32,674 nucleotides of DNA, taken from UHGV virus genome UHGV-0193647; one strand, written 5' to 3'. Under the pieces are notes generated by a model. That model worked only from the letters and a program-made list of their open reading frames with translations, was not told the origin of the DNA and searched no databases. Origin of the DNA: a virus. The position numbers and the translations under genes were made by a program. Shown here piece after piece: positions 1-8,441 of the stretch (its first letter is position 1; every line of letters starts with the position of its first letter).

Positions 1-88
1 ATGGCTTATCCCTCACACAACAGCACCTTAGCGATTCGGATCACCCGTTTCTTTAGCCTTGCCCTGTATCAATCACGGCGAGGCATCC

Positions 89-1858
89 ATGACCATCACC
101 ACCGACACCACTTTATTAAACGACCCGCGACGCCAGGCGGCTTTGTTGTACTGGCAGGGGTTTTCCGTGCCGCAGATTGCCGAAATGTTGCAGACCAAAC
201 GCCCGACAGTGCAGAGCTGGAAACAGCGCGACCAGTGGGAGGAAACCGCACCGCTGAACCGGGTCGAAAGCACCTTAGAGGCCCGGCTGATTCAGCTCTA
301 CGCAAAGCCCAACCTGACACCCCACGATTTCAAGGTGGCGGATTTTCTGGCCCGACAGATGGAGCGCTTTGCGCGCATTAATCGCTATGGCCAGACCGGA
401 AATGAGGTTGACCTTAATCCCAATGTGGCCAACCGCAACAAAGGCGACCGCAAAAAGCCGACAAAGAACTTTTTCAGCGACGAGGCTATCGAGAAACTGG
501 AAGAGATTTTTTTCGCGGAGTCTTTCGAGTATCAGCTCCGCTGGCACCGCGCCGGGCTTGAGCACCGTATTCGCGACATTCTGAAATCGCGCCAGATTGG
601 GGCGACGTTCTACTTTTCCCGCGAGGCGCTGCTGCATGCGCTGAAAACCGGCCATAACCAGATTTTCCTGTCAGCGAGTAAGACGCAGGCGTATGTATTC
701 CGCGAGTACATCATTCAGTTTGCCCGCCGGGTCGATGTCGACCTGACCGGCGACCCGATTGTCATAGGCAACAACGGCGCAAAGCTGATTTTTCTCGGCA
801 CCAACTCAAACACCGCGCAGAGCCACAACGGCGACCTGTATGTCGACGAAATTTTCTGGATCCCCAACTTCCAGAAACTACGCAAAGTGTCGTCGGGCAT
901 GGCCTCACAAAGCCACCTGCGCAGCACCTACTTTTCGACACCTTCCACCCTGGCACACGGCGCTTACCCGTTCTGGTCGGGGGAATTATTCAACCGGGGC
1001 CGCGCCAGCGCCAGCGAGCGGGTTGATATCGATATCAGTCATGACGCGCTCGCCGCTGGCGTGGCGTGTCCTGACGGTCAGTGGCGGCAGATTGTCACCA
1101 TTGAGGATGCGCTCGCCGGGGGCTGTACGCTGTTCAATCTGGAGCAACTCAAGCGCGAAAACAGCGTCGACGACTTCCGCAATCTGTTTATGTGCGAGTT
1201 CGTTGACGACAAGGCGTCGGTGTTCCCGTTCGAGGATTTGCAACGCTGCATGGTCGACAGTCTGGAAGAATGGGAAGACTTTGCGCCGTTCGCCGACAAC
1301 CCGTTCGGCTCCCGCCCGGTCTGGGTGGGATACGACCCTTCGCACAGCGGCGACAGCGCCGGGTGTGTGGTGCTCGCACCGCCGGTTGTCGCTGGGGGCA
1401 AGTTTCGCATTCTGGAGCGCCATCAGTGGAAAGGCATGGACTTCGCTACTCAGGCCGAATCCATCCGCCAGCTCACCGAAAAATACAACGTCGAGTACAT
1501 CGGTATCGATGCGACCGGCCTCGGTATTGGCGTCTTCCAGCTGGTTCGCTCGTTTTATCCCGCCGCCCGCGATATCCGCTACACGCCGGAAATGAAAACC
1601 GCAATGGTGCTGAAAGCAAAAGACGTTATCCGCCGTGGCTGTCTCGAATATGACGTCAGCGCCACCGACATCACCACCTCGTTTATGGCAATCCGTAAGA
1701 CCATGACCAGCAGCGGGCGCAGCGCCACCTATGAGGCCAGCCGCACCGAGGAAGCCAGTCACGCGGACGTCGCCTGGGCGACCATGCACGCGCTGTTAAA
1801 CGAACCGCTTACCGCTGGCAGCGGCCAGGTAACATCATACATTCTGGAGTTCAACTGA
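89..1858 (+). CDS. P: terminase large (ATPase) subunit, gpP-like
   Basis: 599-aa ORF. From the internal Met, MTITTDTTLLNDPRRQAALLYWQGFSV... resembles the P2 gpP N-terminus (..RRQAxLLYWQGFSV..QSWKxRDQW). The 589-aa length from that Met matches P2 gpP (~590 aa). The first Met of the ORF is at 59. Confidence 0.85.
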   Translation: MTITTDTTLLNDPRRQAALLYWQGFSVPQIAEMLQTKRPTVQSWKQRDQWEETAPLNRVESTLEARLIQLYAKPNLTPHDFKVADFLARQMERFARINRYGQTGNEVDLNPNVANRNKGDRKKPTKNFFSDEAIEKLEEIFFAESFEYQLRWHRAGLEHRIRDILKSRQIGATFYFSREALLHALKTGHNQIFLSASKTQAYVFREYIIQFARRVDVDLTGDPIVIGNNGAKLIFLGTNSNTAQSHNGDLYVDEIFWIPNFQKLRKVSSGMASQSHLRSTYFSTPSTLAHGAYPFWSGELFNRGRASASERVDIDISHDALAAGVACPDGQWRQIVTIEDALAGGCTLFNLEQLKRENSVDDFRNLFMCEFVDDKASVFPFEDLQRCMVDSLEEWEDFAPFADNPFGSRPVWVGYDPSHSGDSAGCVVLAPPVVAGGKFRILERHQWKGMDFATQAESIRQLTEKYNVEYIGIDATGLGIGVFQLVRSFYPAARDIRYTPEMKTAMVLKAKDVIRRGCLEYDVSATDITTSFMAIRKTMTSSGRSATYEASRTEEASHADVAWATMHALLNEPLTAGSGQVTSYILEFN

Positions 1859-2901
1859 TGAGTAAATACAAAGGCCGCAAGCCACAGCCACAAAAGAGCC
1901 CGCGCAACATGAAAGACAGCGCGCCCCAAAAAATGGAGGCGTTTACCTTTGGTGAACCGAGCGCCGTGCTCGACCGCCGCGATATTCTGGATTACGTGGA
2001 ATGCGTCAATAATGGCCGCTGGTTCGAACCGCCGGTCAGCTTTAACGGGCTGGCGAAAAGCCTGCGCGCCGCCGTTCACCACAGCTCGCCGATTTACGTT
2101 AAGCGCAACATTCTGGCCTCAACGTTTATTCCGCACCCGCTACTGTCACAACAGGACTTCAGCCGCTTCGCGCTTGATTTTCTGGTGTTTGGCAACGCGT
2201 TTTTAGAGCTCCGAAAGAGTGTCACCGGTCGCCCGCTGAAGCTGGAAGCGTCACCGGCTAAATACACGCGGCGTGGTATTGAAGATGATGTCTATTGGTG
2301 GGTGCCGTCATTCGACCAGCCGCACCCGTTCGCGCCGGGATCCGTATTCCATCTGCTGGAGCCTGACATCAACCAGGAGCTGTACGGCATGCCGGAATAT
2401 CTCAGCGCGCTAAACTCCGCCTGGCTGAATGAAGCGGCGACCCTGTTCCGTCGCAAGTATTACCAGAACGGGGCTCATGCGGGTTACATCATGTATGTGA
2501 CGGACGCCGCGCAAAGCGGTACCGATGTTGAGGCGCTGCGCGATGCGATGCGCAGCTCGAAGGGGCTCGGCAACTTCAAAAATCTGTTTTTCTACGCACC
2601 GCACGGAAAACCGGACGGCATAAAAATTGTGCCGCTCAGTGAGGTGGCAACGAAAGACGATTTCTTCAATATCAAAAAAGTCAGCGCCGCCGACCTGCTC
2701 GACGCTCACCGCATCCCGTTCCAGCTGATGGGCGGCAAGCCGGAAAACGTCGGTTCGCTCGGTGACATCGAGAAGGTGGCAAAGGTTTTTGTCCGTAACG
2801 AGCTCATCCCGTTACAGGACCGGATGCGCGAGGTCAACGCCTGGGCCGGTCAGGAGGTGATCCGGTTCAAAAGTTACACCCTCGACACCGAAAGTGACTG
2901 A
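1858..2901 (+). CDS. Q: portal protein, gpQ-like
   Basis: 347 aa, compared with 344 aa for P2 Q. It follows P with a TGATG stop/start overlap, which suggests translational coupling. Confidence 0.85.
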   Translation: MSKYKGRKPQPQKSPRNMKDSAPQKMEAFTFGEPSAVLDRRDILDYVECVNNGRWFEPPVSFNGLAKSLRAAVHHSSPIYVKRNILASTFIPHPLLSQQDFSRFALDFLVFGNAFLELRKSVTGRPLKLEASPAKYTRRGIEDDVYWWVPSFDQPHPFAPGSVFHLLEPDINQELYGMPEYLSALNSAWLNEAATLFRRKYYQNGAHAGYIMYVTDAAQSGTDVEALRDAMRSSKGLGNFKNLFFYAPHGKPDGIKIVPLSEVATKDDFFNIKKVSAADLLDAHRIPFQLMGGKPENVGSLGDIEKVAKVFVRNELIPLQDRMREVNAWAGQEVIRFKSYTLDTESD

Positions 2902-2902
2902 T

Positions 2903-2932
2903 TTCCGCCGCCTCCGGGCGGCTTTTTCTTAC
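2903..2932 (+). terminator. rho-independent terminator after Q
   Basis: The sequence ccgccgcctccgggcggc forms a GC hairpin followed by ttttt, directly after the Q stop codon. Confidence 0.6.
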
Positions 2933-3070
2933 CCCCACGCCTGACCGCCTCAGAAGCCCGCCAAGCCCTCGGACGCCCCCGCATCACCCACCTACACCCT
3001 CGCGAACCCGCGCGGCACAGCGACGCGCTCAGGCTGCGAAAATAAATGCGCAAAAGTACGCTGGCGCGCA

Positions 3071-3089
3071 GTGCTTTCCCCGCCTCGCC
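3071..3089. other. cos: cos site (19-nt cohesive end)
   Basis: gtgctttccccgcctcgcc is the reverse complement of GGCGAGGCGGGGAAAGCAC. That is the 19-nt cohesive end as I recall it for P2/P4. It sits just past Q, as in P2. Confidence 0.75.
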
Positions 3090-3246
3090 TGCCCGCTTCG
3101 TGAGTCGGAATTAATGCAGATGCAACAGGCCTCCCGATCCGCGCCAGTCCTGGCGGCAAGTATCAAAATATAAAGGTAAACACACATGCAAAATGATGCA
3201 TCAAACGGATGCATTAACTTGACTGAGATAGAGACAAACTTTAATA

Positions 3247-4047
3247 CTATTTCATAAGCCCTATAAACGCGGCAAACATACTTCCCAGACCACCTATTGC
3301 AGCAAATAGAGTAGCCCAAAACATACTCCTCTGGCTGCGTATGTTTTCTGTATATCGCTGCTCTGTTTTATTAAAATTAGCCAAGGTATTTACCGCTTTT
3401 CCTGTTGGCCTATACCCCAACTTAGTCCTTGAAATATCGCCATTTTCAACAAGTGAATCAAGGCACAGACGGAGTTCTTTTCTCATCCGTGATTGATCAT
3501 CGTGATAGACCCATAATCTACCAGCAACATCATTCATAACTAGTATTTCGCTGAATGGTCCTTCGCCTTCCTGCTCTCGATAGATTCTAACAACGGAGGC
3601 TAAAACAGTCATTGCATCAGTAATTTCTTGCTTACGCTGACGATAAAGAAACTTCTCACGGCTAAATCTTTTATTCTCTGCGTTAGCGAAGCGTCTAAAT
3701 CTTAGCAGCTTCAAAAAGCTCAAATCACTTAATGAATTAAATCTCAACTCATGCGCATGATAATAATAAATACCCGAAAAAGAATCACACTCAAGATCTT
3801 TTGGAAAGAGAATAGAATCAATATTGAATATATTTTCATTCGCATTCCATTTTTTAACTTTCACCTCACCATCCACAAACCTTTCGAATAAATAATCCGC
3901 ACCATCACGGTCTTTGATGTAAACAGAATACATGTTGTAATGTATGGCTTTTTCATATATCAAACTAATCCGCCCATTATCAGGGGTTCTCATCACATCG
4001 AAAATATCAAGATATTTTATAATGTTAATTTGTCTTTTATTTTTCAT
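3247..4047 (-). CDS. hypothetical AT-rich cargo protein, 266 aa, C-terminal transmembrane anchor (FWATLFAAIGGLGSMFAAFIGLM)
   Basis: Long ORF in a visibly AT-rich island between cos and tum, on the same strand as A and tum. I recognise no family. The only hydrophobic helix is at the extreme C-terminus. Confidence 0.6.
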   Translation of the reverse strand: MKNKRQINIIKYLDIFDVMRTPDNGRISLIYEKAIHYNMYSVYIKDRDGADYLFERFVDGEVKVKKWNANENIFNIDSILFPKDLECDSFSGIYYYHAHELRFNSLSDLSFLKLLRFRRFANAENKRFSREKFLYRQRKQEITDAMTVLASVVRIYREQEGEGPFSEILVMNDVAGRLWVYHDDQSRMRKELRLCLDSLVENGDISRTKLGYRPTGKAVNTLANFNKTEQRYTENIRSQRSMFWATLFAAIGGLGSMFAAFIGLMK

Positions 4048-4176
4048 TCTACGTACCCCTTTAAATTTACTTCAATACCATAGTTTGAGTGTAACTAACG
4101 CCTCGCATGCTCGTTGTTCAACCCCGCCGGCACTGAAAACAAGTTTCAGCACCGGCGGCGTTTGTAGCTATATTGG

Positions 4177-4908
4177 TTAATTATCGAGTATCGAAACGAT
4201 CTCACCGGTTCGCACGTCGACACGCGCCGCTACGGTCTGTTTTACCACCCCACCATAAGCATTAGTACCGCGAAACGTGGTTTTTACGATGGCATGTGGG
4301 TCTTTATTTAAAACCAAATGATAGACCGTTGAAACATGCTTGTAAGATGAATCATCATTCATGTTCGATTTTATTAGTTTTTCTAACGGACGATAAGAGC
4401 CATCCCAACCGCTAAAATTACCCTGAAATGCGTCAAGGTTGATTTTATTATTTAGAGATTGCGGCTCTTTCTCGAAGTCATTGAAACACCACCCCAACGC
4501 ATCACCGAGCTTTAATGCATCATCTTTAGTAAAAGTGTACTCACTCATACAAGCATAAAAAACATCAGTAGAGCTGGCCGGTACACTTTTGAAATCAACA
4601 TAGTTTTTAACGATATCGTGTCGGGCTTCTTTTGGCTCGTTGCGATATTCTTTGAGGGTTTTATCTGCATACTCAAACGTTGGCGTAGCCGGTTCCGCTT
4701 TAACCTCCAGCGCATCAGTTTTTTCAACAGGCTGGCTCTTTTCAGTCGGCCATAAAATTGAGCCAATAACGCCCAACGCGAGACAGCCACCAAGGTAAAC
4801 CGCACTGGAGCGTTTACGGTTCGGCATCCGAACCAGAGACGGCTTGATTAAACCCACTATAAAAGCAATAAAGAGTGCCAAAGATAAAAATGCTATTACG
4901 GTATCCAT
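4177..4908 (-). CDS. hypothetical AT-rich cargo membrane protein, 243 aa, N-terminal two-helix hairpin plus ~185-aa predicted periplasmic domain
   Basis: ORF begins MDTVIAFLSLALFIAFIVGLI ..KPSLVRMPNRKRSS.. AVYLGGCLALGVIGSILW and then a soluble domain. It is AT-rich. It occupies the P2 tin/old position. Confidence 0.6.
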   Translation of the reverse strand: MDTVIAFLSLALFIAFIVGLIKPSLVRMPNRKRSSAVYLGGCLALGVIGSILWPTEKSQPVEKTDALEVKAEPATPTFEYADKTLKEYRNEPKEARHDIVKNYVDFKSVPASSTDVFYACMSEYTFTKDDALKLGDALGWCFNDFEKEPQSLNNKINLDAFQGNFSGWDGSYRPLEKLIKSNMNDDSSYKHVSTVYHLVLNKDPHAIVKTTFRGTNAYGGVVKQTVAARVDVRTGEIVSILDN

Positions 4909-4990
4909 GATTTTCCTTTATGTGTAATCCCCATACAAAACAACCCCATGCTATCAAACAAGGGGTCGATGGTTGTACATTTTTCAGGAA

Positions 4991-5431
4991 CTAACGCCAG
5001 CTCTCATCTTCCCATACTTCCTGAAGGATACCGTCTAACGCTTCTCGGTCTGACTCCTGGTCGAACCCAACCAGTTCTACTCCGGTCATTGACCCTTTTT
5101 TTACCGTCACTCTCGTTGATGGGAAAATTGATTCTACGCGTCGGGTCAACTCGCACTGAAAAGCATCGACAACTTGCTGCCCGATTTTTTGGTCTTTATC
5201 CAACGTGATGTTAACCCTCACTTCGCCCCCTTTTTTTAATCTTTGTTCAACAGGAGCGGGAGCGAAAACAACTGAAAAAGAGTTGTTTTTCATCAAGTTC
5301 CCTCTCGCAATTTCCGCAATTAAATTCAAAGCAATTTCACGATCTCTTTCCTGACAAACACCCTCTGTCGTCAGACGCGCAATCATCTCGACCCGTTCAA
5401 TCATGACTTGCTCGTTTAACTCTCTATCCAC
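4991..5431 (-). CDS. tum: Tum-like SOS-inducible antirepressor (DinI-family C-terminal domain)
   Basis: C-terminus ..VRVNITLDKDQKIGQQVVDAFQCELTRRVESIFP..LQEVWEDESWR is DinI-like. A GTG start at 5431 has a GGAGG SD 4 nt upstream and gives 146 aa, the length of 186 Tum. An alternative ATG at 5404 gives 137 aa. The ORF track starts at 5512, but the LexA box lies inside that extension. Confidence 0.7.
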   Translation of the reverse strand: MDRELNEQVMIERVEMIARLTTEGVCQERDREIALNLIAEIARGNLMKNNSFSVVFAPAPVEQRLKKGGEVRVNITLDKDQKIGQQVVDAFQCELTRRVESIFPSTRVTVKKGSMTGVELVGFDQESDREALDGILQEVWEDESWR

Positions 5432-5451
5432 ACAACCTCCAATACGGGATA

Positions 5452-5467
5452 CTGTATAAATATACAG
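5452..5467. promoter_or_regulatory. LexA operator (SOS box) in the tum promoter
   Basis: CTGTATAAATATACAG is a perfect CTGT-N8-ACAG palindrome with an AT-rich centre. It lies ~20 nt upstream of the tum start, the same arrangement as the LexA-controlled p95-tum of 186. Confidence 0.8.
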
Positions 5468-5546
5468 TAGCACGTATCGATAAGAATATGAAAGAAAAAA
5501 GTTACGCCACAAAAGGTCGTATGTGCATGATATGGATATGAATTAG

Positions 5547-7619
5547 TTACAGTCTCAACTTAGTAACTGACGCTAACCCCGCGACTCGATTTAGGATTTG
5601 TCTGGCCTGCGCCCGGTGTGACGGTGCTGCCGGGAAAATTTCACCGGTTGATGAACCACGGCACCATTTGCCGTTTATGCAACTTTTTCCACCGGCCATC
5701 AGGTGCAGGGCCTCACCCCGGCTGATGGTTTCGCCGGTAGTGAGCCGAATCTCGTCTATTGTTCTGTCAATGGCTGCACTTTGTTTATCCGTTCCGTGGA
5801 TAAAATCACACCCGATGACCCGTTTTTTGTCCCTGAGTCTGGTCGTTAGCTTCCGCCTTTCACTTCGACTCAACGGTTTGGATAAATCCAGCTCCGGCGG
5901 ATCGCTTTCGCTTCCCGTACAGTTATTGACAGAACTCCGAGAGGGCGCAGGAGCGCCCTTAACGTCAACGGCCAAATCAACGGCACGCTTCGGCACAATT
6001 TTCCACTGCGTGAGACGAGTCATAATTGGGGTATCTGCACCGATGGCAGAGTCGTAAACGCCACGAATACAGACGGTCTCCTCGCCGTACTGATTAAACT
6101 CGGTACGTGGTTCATACAACGTGCGTACCTGCAAATCGTCGCGGCGAACAAACGGCCCGCCCTGGGCGTTAACGTAACCAGCCCAGTCACCGGCATCAGC
6201 AGCATCATGCACAGCAGCAAACTCAACACTCAGACCATGCGCGGTCTCAGTATCGGCAAGGCGGCGTAGTTCGCGATAGACCGTCACTGGCGCACCACCG
6301 ACAAATTGAAACTGACGAATATGCCAGCGCGCGGCCCAGGCAGAAACGGCGGGCGCGGTCTCTTTCAACAGTTCGCCGCTTTCGTCGTCGAGCTCGCCAT
6401 CAAGCGCATATCCGTCGATATTTTTCGAAATGTATTTAGCAACATAGCCGGTAGCGCTACCCTTCTCCGGGTCAATGGCTTCGCCGTGGAAACGTGCTTT
6501 TTTGGCTTTATCGCTTCTCAGTTCGTGGCGGTCTTCCTCCCACGCATAATCGCGAATAATGAGGCGCACGCGCTCGACGTCTTCCGGCAACATGAACATA
6601 AGCATGTGCCAGTGAGGCGTTCCGTCGTGATGAGGCTCGGCAACACGGATGCCGAAAATGCGGATTTCTTCCCGATGTAGTTTGGCACGAATGCGTGCCC
6701 AAAGGCCGGTGAGATAACTCTGCGTGTCCGACGGGCTGGCTCCGTTCCATTTGCTGTTACGGTAGCCCGCTTTAGTTGTGGCGTGATATTTAGACGGCGC
6801 GGTCAGGGTGTAAAACTCCCCGACATAACCGAGTTCATTGCAGATATTTTCAAACCCACGGATGCGGGTCATCAGCTCGCAGCGGCGTATCGCAGGGTTA
6901 GCGACCGAACCGTCATATTTTTCTATCAGGCTGATTCGGTTGCCGTCTTCGTCTTCGAGATCCAGCCCCTTGAGAAACTCACGCGTGCGGCGCTTCTGCT
7001 CGCGCCAGTCTGTCACGCAGTTTTTACTCGCGTAGGCGTGCTTTTTCTTGCTGACGTTGCCGACTGCAATTTGTAGATGTTCGCGCCAAGCCGACGCGAC
7101 ACGACGCAGACGATTACGCCACCATGACTCAGTAAACATACGGATTACTGCGGGGGCTATATCATCTTTGTTGAAGTATTTATTTGCCACGCGCTCCCAA
7201 TGGGGAGGGGTGATATTGAATTGCAGAGAAATAAAACCAGCGTGCATGTACCAGGTGTATAGCGTTTTGAGCTCTCCAAAACCTGAGTCATCAATATTTG
7301 CCAGCTCAGAACGAATGAAATTCGCAATGTCACCGGCGAGCAGGTCAACATCGGCGCGCGACATATCAGGGAGGCGGTTATACCTGGCGACCATATTGAC
7401 CATGCGGGATGCCAGATATTGCATAAGCCGGGTATCAAAATGACCGCCAAAAATAGCGGCAGACGCATCGGAGTTGATGCCGTTGACCTGATACTTTTTG
7501 GTAACTAGCTCAATACGCGGCAATGCCTTTTTGCAGAAATTGACTAAAAAGGCATTGGCTCGTTGGCTACCCTGGCTTTTCTCCAGCGCATCAGCCTTAC
7601 GGAACACATCAAAGCGCAC
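5547..7619 (-). CDS. A: replication initiation endonuclease (rolling-circle), gpA-like
   Basis: 690 aa. Contains ..ATGYVAKYISKNIDG.., the active-site tyrosine motif of P2/186 A. Its position and size match 186 A (~694 aa). Confidence 0.85.
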   Translation of the reverse strand: MRFDVFRKADALEKSQGSQRANAFLVNFCKKALPRIELVTKKYQVNGINSDASAAIFGGHFDTRLMQYLASRMVNMVARYNRLPDMSRADVDLLAGDIANFIRSELANIDDSGFGELKTLYTWYMHAGFISLQFNITPPHWERVANKYFNKDDIAPAVIRMFTESWWRNRLRRVASAWREHLQIAVGNVSKKKHAYASKNCVTDWREQKRRTREFLKGLDLEDEDGNRISLIEKYDGSVANPAIRRCELMTRIRGFENICNELGYVGEFYTLTAPSKYHATTKAGYRNSKWNGASPSDTQSYLTGLWARIRAKLHREEIRIFGIRVAEPHHDGTPHWHMLMFMLPEDVERVRLIIRDYAWEEDRHELRSDKAKKARFHGEAIDPEKGSATGYVAKYISKNIDGYALDGELDDESGELLKETAPAVSAWAARWHIRQFQFVGGAPVTVYRELRRLADTETAHGLSVEFAAVHDAADAGDWAGYVNAQGGPFVRRDDLQVRTLYEPRTEFNQYGEETVCIRGVYDSAIGADTPIMTRLTQWKIVPKRAVDLAVDVKGAPAPSRSSVNNCTGSESDPPELDLSKPLSRSERRKLTTRLRDKKRVIGCDFIHGTDKQSAAIDRTIDEIRLTTGETISRGEALHLMAGGKSCINGKWCRGSSTGEIFPAAPSHRAQARQILNRVAGLASVTKLRL

Positions 7620-7767
7620 GCACTCAGGCTGAAGTGAGAGTGCTTACGCGCACGCAGCAAAGCCGCAATCATTCGATCGCGGCGATACTCTTCATCATAG
7701 GTAAGGTATGGGCTGGCTATTGCCGACCGTGGAGCATTCCACGGATAAGCGTAAGAAATCCCCACGC

Positions 7768-8241
7768 TCACCCCTTCACTGAAACGGACTGGTCATATTC
7801 CCATACACCATCTGGGGAAACTAAAGCGCCCCGCGACATACCTGTTTGAGGGTCACGGAAAACCGCCAGCCCAATAGGGTGTAGAATTTCATTATTAATA
7901 CGGATGATAAGACCGCGTTCGCTTAATTCATTCCACGATATCCAGTCACAACCTCCAATTTTTTCGCTTTGTTCCATGACGTTAAATGCATCGCCACATA
8001 GCGCGCTGATACGCTTAATCTCTGCGGCCATTTCCTCAATTGAGGTGATGGTCGACTGCTGGATGTGATGATGAATCAGGCCGGAAATAAGTTGCTCGAT
8101 TTTCGGATAGTAGCCAATAGTATCGAGCCACTCCTCGCCAGCTTTACGGCCGCTTTTAGCGACCTTTTTCTCGCTCAGAATGAATTGATACTGGTCGCTG
8201 GTAATAACCCACTTACCGCCAATCTCGATATTTAGGCTCAT
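7768..8241 (-). CDS. hypothetical early protein (157 aa)
   Basis: ORF in the early operon upstream of A. No family recognised. Confidence 0.5.
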   Translation of the reverse strand: MSLNIEIGGKWVITSDQYQFILSEKKVAKSGRKAGEEWLDTIGYYPKIEQLISGLIHHHIQQSTITSIEEMAAEIKRISALCGDAFNVMEQSEKIGGCDWISWNELSERGLIIRINNEILHPIGLAVFRDPQTGMSRGALVSPDGVWEYDQSVSVKG

Positions 8242-8441
8242 GCTTTTACCTCCGGATAACCGATTAATACCTGGTCAACCACACCATTGATAATTTCACA
8301 AAGAGCTTTTCCAGCCTCTTGGTCATTAATTCCAGTTATCGTCCCCATAGCTAAGGCTACAATCCGAACCTTCATAAGCGCCTCTATCTCGCCTTGCTGT
8401 TTAGCTTTCTGGATTTCAAGCTCGCTCATATCAGACCCCAC
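8238..8441 (-). CDS. hypothetical early protein (67 aa)
   Basis: Small ORF whose ends overlap its neighbours, consistent with translational coupling in the early operon. Confidence 0.4.
   Translation of the reverse strand: MGSDMSELEIQKAKQQGEIEALMKVRIVALAMGTITGINDQEAGKALCEIINGVVDQVLIGYPEVKA

Noticed and set aside
1-381. 126-aa ORF at the window start overlapping the terminase start
   Set aside because: It overlaps the P start and its SD region. It is His/Arg-rich and low-complexity, and it begins at the window edge. It is probably a spurious frame in the O-P promoter region.
986-1789. Long antisense ORFs inside GC-rich structural genes (e.g. 986..1789-, 840..1595+, 16029..16481+, 26262..26849+, 27060..27725+, 30482..31204+, 19562..20098+)
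   Set aside because: They lie entirely within well-supported P2-like genes, on the opposite strand or in other frames. High GC content produces long stop-free frames. Their translations are low-complexity and Arg/Ala/Gly-rich. They are not genes.
3029-3319. 96-aa ORF spanning the cos site
   Set aside because: It runs across the 19-nt cohesive end and the GC-rich cos flank, with no RBS, and overlaps the stop of the 266-aa gene. Coding is implausible.
5404-5512. Extended N-terminus of the tum ORF (first Met at 5512)
   Set aside because: The LexA operator and likely promoter lie inside this extension. The 186-type GTG start with a GGAGG SD at 5431 gives the expected 146-aa product.
7544-7771. 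75-aa ORF upstream of replication gene A
   Set aside because: It overlaps the A start codon region by 76 nt in another frame and has no recognisable family. It cannot be distinguished from a chance ORF in the leader region. It may merit a check against 186 CP ORFs.
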